Below are positions 39,570-47,645 of a stretch of 58,442 nt of DNA, piece after piece (the stretch's first letter is position 1; the number at the start of each line of letters is the position of its first letter). The stretch is from a virus (taxonomy: Duplodnaviria; Caudoviricetes). The stretch is from positions 1-58,442 of the IMG/VR virus record IMGVR_UViG_3300005512_000037, one strand, 5' to 3'. The position numbers and the translations under genes are program-made. Under the pieces are notes generated by a model. It saw only the letters and a list, made by a program, of their open reading frames with translations. It was not told the origin of the DNA and ran no database searches.

Positions 39570-39872
39570 AATGTTCGTTTTCTGGTAGTGTTTCACTACA
39601 ATACTGGCGTTAGAGTAAAGTTCGTTAATGTTCGTTTAGTGGTCTCTGTAAGTGTTTGAAAATAAAGCAATGTTCGAAAGTTCTTTTTTGTCTGGGATTA
39701 TGAGAGGGTCAGATTGGGTTTGTTGGTTGCGAACAATCGCGTGATCAGGGGGGTCGCGTACGTAGGGTATCTTTTAAAATTGCGAACATTACGAACATTA
39801 GGAACATTACTTTAAAAACAATAACTTACAAATTGCCAAAAACGAACATTCAAGAACTTTTTTGCGAACATT
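39570..39872. repeat. Inverted array of AATGTTCG/CGAACATT repeats (candidate origin)
   Basis: Non-coding. 39617-39676 and 39801-39860 form an ungapped inverted repeat (43/60 by hand count). Confidence 0.75.
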
Positions 39873-40076
39873 ACATCTGTGCCGCAATGCTGCTTAGAGA
39901 ACTGGTATTGATTAGGTAGTTTATAACTACTCTTTTCAGAGTGCAGCTTTTAGGTGCAGGTGCGTTTCACTATCGTTACTAACCACGTGACAACAAGTCT
40001 GTGTGCGACTGTGGCGCGAAGCTGCTTGGAGAACTGGCATCAATGGGGTAGTGAATAACTACCAAACTCAGGACAC

Positions 40077-40109
40077 AAAAAAAGCCCCGAAGCCCGAAGG
40101 CTCCGAGGC
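40077..40109 (-). terminator. Rho-independent terminator
   Basis: GCCTCGGAGCC-TTCG-GGCTTCGGGGC followed by T7 on the - strand. Confidence 0.85.
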
Positions 40110-40115
40110 GGTGGA

Positions 40116-40310
40116 TTATCGCTTTACCAAAGTAAAGGCGGCTTGGCGTGGGAAGGTGTTGCCATGTGCCGCCAATGCGCGGCGGCGATCTAGGACATAG
40201 TCGATATCACGTTGATCCATTGTCTCTCGCATGTAGGGTAAGAAACTATTGAATTTGTCGTCATCCCATTGGGCAATGACGTTAAGCGCGGTTTGAAATA
40301 TATGCTGCAT
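40116..40310 (-). CDS. Hypothetical early protein
   Basis: GGAGAAACAAC-ATG. Confidence 0.65.
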   Translation of the reverse strand: MQHIFQTALNVIAQWDDDKFNSFLPYMRETMDQRDIDYVLDRRRALAAHGNTFPRQAAFTLVKR

Positions 40311-40321
40311 GTTGTTTCTCC

Positions 40322-40349
40322 AAAAAAAGGTGGGCGGCTTGCGCCGCCC
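40322..40349 (-). terminator. Rho-independent terminator
   Basis: GGGCGGC-GCAA-GCCGCCC-ACC followed by T7. Confidence 0.7.
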
Positions 40350-40357
40350 GATTGATG

Positions 40358-40903
40358 TTAGCCAATCACCTTGATCAGCGCGTTAAGGTTTGCGATCAGA
40401 TCATCGATGTCCATTGATGCATCGAAGTTCTCAGCCTTTTGGATGCGCTTGATAGCGGTTTCCAATGCTTCGCGTACCATTGCTTCGGGTGAACGTGTCC
40501 GCGCATCCGCGCCTGATTTGCCTGATGCAATCTCGGCTTGGATTTGCTCGGCCTTCTCAAGAGAACTCTTGATGTTGCCCATTACCGAATTGGCTTGGCG
40601 CATCCAGTAGGCGCGCGGTTGACCTTGCACAGTCTTGTCACCTGCGACCTTGGCGGACACCGCCATTAGGTCTTGCGCAGGTTTCGGAAAGCCCGAATTG
40701 ATTGCGTTTTTAGCAAACGTCCAACTTTCATCAGTCGCGGTTGAACCTGATGATTTAGGACTGATGAACATGGTTGATGTCCATCCCGCAGCGCGGAAGA
40801 TATCAATGCGCTTGATCTTGTTAAGATCGCTCTTAACAGTTTCTTTTGTCCAGTCGCGTAGTGCAATGTGAACTTGTTCATTTAGTTTTGCTGTTACTGT
40901 CAT
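40358..40903 (-). CDS. Hypothetical protein, first gene of the early arm
   Basis: GGAGAACAAC-ATG at 40903. Confidence 0.75.
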   Translation of the reverse strand: MTVTAKLNEQVHIALRDWTKETVKSDLNKIKRIDIFRAAGWTSTMFISPKSSGSTATDESWTFAKNAINSGFPKPAQDLMAVSAKVAGDKTVQGQPRAYWMRQANSVMGNIKSSLEKAEQIQAEIASGKSGADARTRSPEAMVREALETAIKRIQKAENFDASMDIDDLIANLNALIKVIG

Positions 40904-40969
40904 GTTGTTCTCCAATATTGTTAGACAGTGGATGTGCGTCGCGCGGCCTCATTGCCTCGTGACAAGTTC

Positions 40970-40998
40970 TTTATACGCGTTTTGTCGTGCCTTGTCAC
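40970..40998 (-). promoter_or_regulatory. Sigma70-like promoter
   Basis: GTGACA-17 bp-TATAAA on the - strand. Confidence 0.55.
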
Positions 40999-41325
40999 AG
41001 TATCAGACGCGTATGGTAGTGAATAACTACTTTTCTTTGTATATCTTTACCCCACCCGCCCCCACCCCACCCCGACAGCGACACGTACCGCGCATCTGTA
41101 TAATACTATTCTGCACAAATATTTTCGTTTTCCACGAAATTGGAACGCCTCGATCAATGTCATGTTGGCGGAACCCTCTGGCAGTTTGCTTCGAAGAAGA
41201 ATAGGCGTTTACTGGATTCGGCGCTATCTTGACCCCCACCCTACCCCACCACCTGATTCGGCTAAGTCAGTCAGATTGATTACGCGCAAAAAATTTTCTA
41301 TATTATAAGAAATTGGGGATTAAAT

Positions 41326-41913
41326 ATGCACATAGAACCAGAAAAGGGCGTGAAGAAGCGTCCCGCACCAAAGATAAACGACCTCGCGGTCAAGGCGAAT
41401 GCGGCTGCAAAGACAGCAGAGTACCTCAGCACACAGGGTTTAGAGATCGAACCCAACGCGGAAGATAGGGATATCGCCTCACAACTGGCTATGGCGTATG
41501 CGGAAGACCCAGAAAAGACATCAAAGGCAGCGACACCCAAGCGGGTAGCCAATCTCACTCCAGCAACTTTGCTTATGACAGACCGTATCTTGAAGGACTT
41601 CGGACATTCGGTTGTGAAGAGCGCCACACAGGTTCGACATCTTGTGACAAACAAGTTGATCGAAGAGACAGAGAACCCAGACCCACGTATCCGCGTCCGT
41701 GCATTAGAGCTGCTTGGTAAGATCAGTGATGTTGGATTGTTTGCAGAAAAGACTGAGGTGACAATCACCCACCAGACTACGGATGACCTGAAAGACAAAC
41801 TACGCGACAAGCTCATGAGGCTCGCAAACCCTGAACCAGAGATAGAAGAAGCTATCGTCATAGAAGGCGAAACTATTGATGTGGACAAGGAGTTAGGGTT
41901 GGATGACGACTAA
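41326..41913 (+). CDS. Terminase small subunit (putative)
   Basis: Directly upstream of terL; RVRALELLGK-x3-VGLF-x-EK motif. Confidence 0.7.
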   Translation: MHIEPEKGVKKRPAPKINDLAVKANAAAKTAEYLSTQGLEIEPNAEDRDIASQLAMAYAEDPEKTSKAATPKRVANLTPATLLMTDRILKDFGHSVVKSATQVRHLVTNKLIEETENPDPRIRVRALELLGKISDVGLFAEKTEVTITHQTTDDLKDKLRDKLMRLANPEPEIEEAIVIEGETIDVDKELGLDDD

Positions 41914-43468
41914 CCTCGCCGAAATTGCTGCAGATATGGAGTTCTCTCCAGAAGAGATCAAACATATGCTGGAGAACTTGGACTCGTTTAGCCCCGAGGA
42001 GCTGGACGAGATAGACAAGATTGTCGATGAGTTGGCGACGAGAAACGCGAATCAGTCAGCGCACGACGACCTGATAGCGTTCTGTAAGAAGATGCAGCCT
42101 GACTACAAGGTTGGTAGGCACCACCGCATACTGGCAGATCAGCTTATGGCGCTGGAGAGTGGGGCCAAAGACCGTGTATGTGTCAACATCCCACCTCGTC
42201 ACGGTAAATCGCAGCTTGTGTCTATATTCTATCCAGCGTGGTTCCTTGGGCGGAACCCAGGCAAGAAGGTCATGATGGTGTCCCACACTACCGACTTGGC
42301 TGTGGACTTTGGGCGTAAAGTACGTAACCTGATTGACATCGATGATTACAAGGATGTGTTTCCAGATGTTGCGTTGGCTGTTGACAGTAAATCTGCTGGA
42401 CGTTGGAATACGAATTTTGGAGGTGAGTATTTCGCGTGTGGTGTCGGTTCTGCCTTGGCTGGGCGCGGTGCTGATCTGTTGCTTGTGGATGATCCACACT
42501 CTGAGCAGGATATAATCAACGGTAACTTCTCTGTATTTGATAAAGCATACGAGTGGTTCACGTTTGGTGCGCGTACGCGTCTCATGCCAGGGGGACGTGT
42601 GGCTATCGTACAAACTCGTTGGCACATGGACGACCTCACGGGTCGTGTGACCACCGACATGGTAAAGAACGAGCTGGCTGACCAGTACGAGATTGTGGAG
42701 TTTCCCGCGTTGTTGGACGCAGAGGACGCAGACGGCAAGCCAATACAGAAGCCGCTGTGGCCTGAGTTCTTTGATTTAGCAGCTCTGGAGCGTACGAAAG
42801 CGTCTATGCCTGCCTTCCAGTGGAATGCGCAGTATCAACAACAACCTACGGCTGAAGAAGCGTCCATAATCAAGCGAGAATGGTGGGGAATATGGCCTCA
42901 AGACGACCCACCCCCCGTAGAATACCTAATTATGTCGCTCGACGCTGCCGCAGAAAAGCATAATCGCGCTGACTACACCGCGTTGACCACGTGGGGCGTG
43001 TTTTTTAACGAAAATGAGAACGCACATCACCTCATCCTGCTAGATTCTATCAAAGAACGGCTAGAATTTCCTGAATTGAAGAATTTATGCATGGAAGAGT
43101 ACCGCAGATGGGAGCCAGACGCGTTCATTGTGGAGAAAAAGTCCTCTGGTGTGGCGATTTATCAAGAAATGCGGCGTATGGGGCTACCTGTACAAGAGTA
43201 TACACCCCACCGTGGGACAGGTGATAAGCTCGCAAGACTTAATTCTGTGGCTGATATCATCGCATCGGGTATGGCATGGGTACCATCCACCCGTTGGGCG
43301 GACGAGTTAGTCGAAGAGATCGCTGGATTCCCGTTTATGTCTAACGATGACCTTGTTGACTCTACGGTTATGGCGCTTTTGCGATTCAGGCAGGGTGGGT
43401 TTATACGTCTACCCACCGATGAATGGGAGGATGAACCTACGTACCGTCGTCCTGTGGAGTATTATTGA
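41903..43468 (+). CDS. terL: Terminase large subunit
   Basis: PPRHGKS, GRGADLLLVDDP, QTRWH-x-DDL, QYQQ-x-P, SLD-x-A, FP-x3-NDDLVD. Confidence 0.95.
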   Translation: MTTNLAEIAADMEFSPEEIKHMLENLDSFSPEELDEIDKIVDELATRNANQSAHDDLIAFCKKMQPDYKVGRHHRILADQLMALESGAKDRVCVNIPPRHGKSQLVSIFYPAWFLGRNPGKKVMMVSHTTDLAVDFGRKVRNLIDIDDYKDVFPDVALAVDSKSAGRWNTNFGGEYFACGVGSALAGRGADLLLVDDPHSEQDIINGNFSVFDKAYEWFTFGARTRLMPGGRVAIVQTRWHMDDLTGRVTTDMVKNELADQYEIVEFPALLDAEDADGKPIQKPLWPEFFDLAALERTKASMPAFQWNAQYQQQPTAEEASIIKREWWGIWPQDDPPPVEYLIMSLDAAAEKHNRADYTALTTWGVFFNENENAHHLILLDSIKERLEFPELKNLCMEEYRRWEPDAFIVEKKSSGVAIYQEMRRMGLPVQEYTPHRGTGDKLARLNSVADIIASGMAWVPSTRWADELVEEIAGFPFMSNDDLVDSTVMALLRFRQGGFIRLPTDEWEDEPTYRRPVEYY

Positions 43469-43568
43469 TCCACCACTCCGCTACTCTTCGACTAGAACAC
43501 ACCAACCAAAGGCGACCTTTGTCGTCGTACACATGGTAGCGCATTCGCCCAATCATTACCAATCGCAT
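43437..43568 (-). CDS. Small hypothetical protein (43 aa)
   Basis: Follows the upstream stop directly (TAA-ATG); MRLVMIGRMRYHVYDDKGR... Confidence 0.4.
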   Translation of the reverse strand: MRLVMIGRMRYHVYDDKGRLWLVCSSRRVAEWWINNTPQDDGT

Positions 43569-44036
43569 TTACCATTTGCCTTCACGCTTTCCGATAAACC
43601 AGAGAACAAATGCCATAATCGCCGCAGCAATTACAAAAATAATAAAACCAAATGTCCATTCAATGATAGCTTGCTTTATTTTTGCTTTGCGAAATTCAGT
43701 CTTTTCTTTCTGTTTTTTCATGTCCCGCAGAATTTGCTTGTATTCTTCAAGTCCCTTTGGGCCGTGAATGAACCTGATCATATTTTCAAGTTCTGTTTTT
43801 AAATCTTGTGCTTTTTTCTTCGCAGCGAAGGCTTGAGCCGCGCGTTCTTCCAGTGAACCGCTGAATGTTTTGTACCAAGGGGGGTTCTTCGCTTGGCGTT
43901 CCGCTTCGTTAATGTCGGCCCATGCACCCGCAAACTTTGACATTGCCTGTGTGGTATCACGCCCCGCATTAATTAAAGTACGCATTTGACCGACAGCCGC
44001 AGAAGCAACCGACAATGCTGTTAATGGATCAATCAT
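43569..44036 (-). CDS. Coiled-coil protein with C-terminal TM anchor
   Basis: MIDPLTA start, coiled coil, hydrophobic C-terminal helix. Confidence 0.7.
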   Translation of the reverse strand: MIDPLTALSVASAAVGQMRTLINAGRDTTQAMSKFAGAWADINEAERQAKNPPWYKTFSGSLEERAAQAFAAKKKAQDLKTELENMIRFIHGPKGLEEYKQILRDMKKQKEKTEFRKAKIKQAIIEWTFGFIIFVIAAAIMAFVLWFIGKREGKW

Positions 44037-44194
44037 GTTAGGTCGAGCCTCGTAGGACAGATGTATTCAGGACTTACACGATACACTCTATCATAATATC
44101 CGAAGCGTTTCGACCCACAGTCGTAATAACAGGCTTTATAAAAACCCAGATAGAAACTTTGGCCCCAAGCTATAGCAACCAAAGTACAGATCAT
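44033..44194 (-). CDS. Small Cys-rich protein (53 aa, absent from the ORF track)
   Basis: MICTL...C-x-YDCG...Y-x-CP; ATGA-coupled to the next gene. Confidence 0.55.
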   Translation of the reverse strand: MICTLVAIAWGQSFYLGFYKACYYDCGSKRFGYYDRVYRVSPEYICPTRLDLT

Positions 44195-44195
44195 T

Positions 44196-44384
44196 TTAAT
44201 CTGCTGACGCGTTATATCGATCCTGTCGGATCAAAAAGTCTTGCCACATTGGCTTGATCATCTTGTAATTTTCTTCAACACGATAAGAAACAACAGCTAA
44301 ATCAGCTTTCATGTCATGTATTTGCAGCGCACCCCACCCGAGAACGCCAACACCAATCACCCCTAAAAGCTGCTCAAACTTCAT
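44196..44384 (-). CDS. Small membrane-anchored protein
   Basis: GAGG RBS; N-terminal TM helix followed by coiled coil. Confidence 0.6.
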   Translation of the reverse strand: MKFEQLLGVIGVGVLGWGALQIHDMKADLAVVSYRVEENYKMIKPMWQDFLIRQDRYNASAD

Positions 44385-44589
44385 TTTTTTACCTCATGAC
44401 CATAAAAATCATAGTACAACAAATATATGTTTGTTTCAATACGATCTGTTTGTTAGTTTGAGGTGGGACTTACTCCCGTTAGTCCTACGGCGGGACGCGG
44501 TATCCCCACCCTTATCCCCGTGTTCCGCCACTACTACATGGACTAACTAAAATTTTTTGTGTAGAATGGGGTAAACCCATAACAAGAGC

Positions 44590-47010
44590 GTGTCTATGGC
44601 TATAGAAAAACCTATGATCCCATCTGAATTTGAGATGGAAGGTAATCCCTCCGAGGAGGAGCTTACAGTAGAAATCGTAAACCCTGACGCTGTGTCTATG
44701 GAGACTGAAGACGGGGGTATGATTATTGATTTTACGGGGGAGATCACAGAAGACCTAATCGGTCCTGACCATGACGCTAACCTTGCAGAGTTCATTGAAG
44801 AGACTGATTTACAGTCTATGGCTTCAGAACTTATCAGTGATTTTAACGCTGATAGAGAGTCACGGTCTGATTGGGCACGAGCCTATGTAAAAGGGTTAGA
44901 CCTTCTAGGGATGAAGATCGAAGAACGTCAACAGCCTTGGGCTGGCGCTTCTGGGGTGTTCCATCCAGTTCTCACCGAATCCGTCGTGCGGTTCCAAGCA
45001 CAGGCTATGGGAGAGCTATTCCCTGCATCTGGTCCTGCTAGAACTAAAATTATGGGTAAACTCACTCCTGAGAAAATAGATCAGGCAGAACGCGTACAGA
45101 ACGAACTAAACTACCTACTCACGGAAGAAATGACAGAATACCGCGACGAGATGGAGCAGATGCTATTTAAGCTACCTCTCGCGGGTTCTGCATTCAAAAA
45201 AATGTACTACGATCCAATCAGTGAGCGCCCATGTGCAATGTTCGTTCCGTCTGAAGACTTTGTAGCGTCTTACGGCACAACGGATATTATGGCGTGTCCT
45301 AGATACACACACGTCATGAAAAAGACGAGCAATGAGATACTAGAGTTACAGGTCGCAGGGTTCTATCGGGATGTAGACCTACCTGATCCAGAGCCAGATT
45401 TCTCAGATATCCAAGAAAAATACGACGAGCTTGATGGGGAAAGCGCTGTCATCGAAGACGATGATCGTCACACAATTCTAGAGATGCACGTAGATATCAA
45501 TATGCCTGAAGAGTTTGATGACCCTGACGGTATCGCGCGTCCTTATGTAATCACCATAGACAAGTCGTCACAAGAAATCCTAGCAATTAGAAAGAATTGG
45601 TATGAAGACGACCCGAAAAAAAGAAAGCGCCAACACTTCGTTCATTACAAGTATTTGCCAGGTCTTGGATTCTATGGGACAGGACTTATCCACCTTATCG
45701 GAGGGCTTGCGAAGTCGGCTACCTCGATTCTCCGTCAGCTCATTGACGCTGGTACGCTATCGAATTTACCTGCTGGTCTTAAGGCTCGCGGACTGCGTAT
45801 TAAGGGGGATGACACGCCTCTCATGCCTGGTGAGTTCAGGGACGTGGATGTCCCAGGTGGTGCGATCCGCGATTCGATTACGTTCATCCCTTATAAAGAG
45901 CCAAGCAGCGTACTCTATTCGTTGCTTGGAAATATCGTTGAAGAAGGACGCAGAATAGGTTCTGTAGCAGATATTCAAGTAGGTGACGTAAGTGCGCAAG
46001 CACCTGTCGGCACTACTCTGGCGCTTATGGAGCGGTCTATGAAGGTCATGTCTGGTGTACAGGCACGGCTACATGCTGCTATGAAAAAAGAGCTACGTCT
46101 GCTGGCTAAGATCGTGCACGACTACATGCCAGAACAATACGCATACGATATGGATGGTGAGTTCAATCGCGTAGCAGACTTTGATAAACGTATCGACGTA
46201 ATTCCAGTATCTGATCCTAATGCTGCAACCATGTCCCAGCGAATCATGCAGTATCAGGCGGCGTTGCAGCTTGCTCAACAAGCTCCTCAACTGTACGATA
46301 TGGGCAAGCTGCATCGTCAAATGTTAGAAGTTCTAGGTATTCAGGACGCTGACGATATCATCAAACTACCAGAGGATATTAAACCAGCAGACCCAGTAAC
46401 CGAGAACATGATGATCCTGAAGCAAGAGCCTACAAAAGCGTTCAAGTATCAGGACCACGAAGCACATATCCAAGTGCACATGTCTATGTTGCAAGACCCA
46501 AAAATTCAACAGATGGTGGGTCAATCTCCGTTTGCACAGCAAATTCAACAGGCTATGGCGGCACACGTCACCGAACACGTTGCGTTCCAGTATCGCCGCG
46601 AAATCGAAAAGATGTTGGGCGTAGAAATGCCGAACGAAGATCAACCGCTGCCAGAGGACGTAGAGGTAGAGATTTCTCGCCTTGCGAAAGACGCAGCAGA
46701 AAAACTACTACAAAAAGATCAAGCAGAGATGGCGCAGCAGCAAGCACAGAAGCAGCAACAAGACCCAGTGGTTCAAATGCAGCAGCAAGAATTGCAGCTT
46801 AAAGCAAAAGAGCTTGAGCATAAGATTCAGACAGACGCAGCCAAACTTCAGCTTGAGGCTAAGAAGATTGAAGCGCAAAACCAGCGCGAAGGTGCAAAAC
46901 TTGGGGTACAACTCGCAACTGATCTTGACAAAAACCAGAGAGAAGATCAGCGTGAGGGTGCAAAATTGGGGATAGAAGTAGCAAAGGAGTTAACAAACAA
47001 GAATGGATGA
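44590..47010 (+). CDS. Portal protein
   Basis: 806 aa after terL; PWAGASGVFHP, FQAQA-x2-ELFP-x2-GP, PGLGFYG-x-GL-x-HL, Gln-rich C-terminal barrel (P22-like). Confidence 0.85.
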   Translation: MSMAIEKPMIPSEFEMEGNPSEEELTVEIVNPDAVSMETEDGGMIIDFTGEITEDLIGPDHDANLAEFIEETDLQSMASELISDFNADRESRSDWARAYVKGLDLLGMKIEERQQPWAGASGVFHPVLTESVVRFQAQAMGELFPASGPARTKIMGKLTPEKIDQAERVQNELNYLLTEEMTEYRDEMEQMLFKLPLAGSAFKKMYYDPISERPCAMFVPSEDFVASYGTTDIMACPRYTHVMKKTSNEILELQVAGFYRDVDLPDPEPDFSDIQEKYDELDGESAVIEDDDRHTILEMHVDINMPEEFDDPDGIARPYVITIDKSSQEILAIRKNWYEDDPKKRKRQHFVHYKYLPGLGFYGTGLIHLIGGLAKSATSILRQLIDAGTLSNLPAGLKARGLRIKGDDTPLMPGEFRDVDVPGGAIRDSITFIPYKEPSSVLYSLLGNIVEEGRRIGSVADIQVGDVSAQAPVGTTLALMERSMKVMSGVQARLHAAMKKELRLLAKIVHDYMPEQYAYDMDGEFNRVADFDKRIDVIPVSDPNAATMSQRIMQYQAALQLAQQAPQLYDMGKLHRQMLEVLGIQDADDIIKLPEDIKPADPVTENMMILKQEPTKAFKYQDHEAHIQVHMSMLQDPKIQQMVGQSPFAQQIQQAMAAHVTEHVAFQYRREIEKMLGVEMPNEDQPLPEDVEVEISRLAKDAAEKLLQKDQAEMAQQQAQKQQQDPVVQMQQQELQLKAKELEHKIQTDAAKLQLEAKKIEAQNQREGAKLGVQLATDLDKNQREDQREGAKLGIEVAKELTNKNG

Positions 47011-47191
47011 AACAGTAATAACGCTTTTGAAGCGTAAGATTGCTGAACACCAAGAAGAGTTAAAGACGTTTCTAGCCAACGGGGGTGCCGAAGACATGGC
47101 AGCATACGCTCGTCTTGTTGGACGTAACGAAGCGCTTAACTTAATAGGTGGGGAGCTAGAGGATTTAGAGCAAAGGCTTATTGAAGAATAA
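47003..47191 (+). CDS. Small coiled-coil protein
   Basis: Between portal and GroES; Y-x-RLVG motif. Confidence 0.6.
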   Translation: MDETVITLLKRKIAEHQEELKTFLANGGAEDMAAYARLVGRNEALNLIGGELEDLEQRLIEE

Positions 47192-47276
47192 ACCTTTTTC
47201 TTTTATCCAACTAACGGGACTTCGTGGATGATCCACGCAAGGTTTCTGTGAACCTAAATCACTGCAAGGTAATGAT

Positions 47277-47645
47277 ATGTATAAAACAGATACAGCTACT
47301 GATGAAAAAGTAGCATCACAACTTCCACAACCGAAGGGATACAAACTCCTTATAGGTATGCCAGAAGTTAGCGAAACCACCCAAGGTGGTGTGTTTATGC
47401 CCGAAGGGCTTAGATCAGCAGAAGAAACAGCGTCTATTGTTGGATTTGTCATAGATATGGGGGCAGATGCCTACTCAGATCATGATAGATTTCCAAACGG
47501 TCCGTTCTGCAAAAAGGGAGATTTTGTGATCTTCCGTTCTTATTCTGGAACACGATTTAAAATTCACGGTAAAGAGTTTCGTTTGATTAACGACGATACG
47601 GTTGAAGCCGTGGTTGATGACCCAAGAGGATACACACGAGTATGA
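47277..47645 (+). CDS. groES: Co-chaperonin GroES-like protein
   Basis: P-x-GYKLLI...T-x-GGV-x-MP...V-x2-MG...KGDFV-x-F-x2-YSG...E-x-RLINDD-x-V-x-AVV. Confidence 0.85.
   Translation: MYKTDTATDEKVASQLPQPKGYKLLIGMPEVSETTQGGVFMPEGLRSAEETASIVGFVIDMGADAYSDHDRFPNGPFCKKGDFVIFRSYSGTRFKIHGKEFRLINDDTVEAVVDDPRGYTRV

Noticed and set aside
39570-40062. CRISPR or mini-array interpretation of the repeats
   Set aside because: Units are 8-15 bp, irregularly spaced and partly inverted, with no constant repeat-spacer periodicity.
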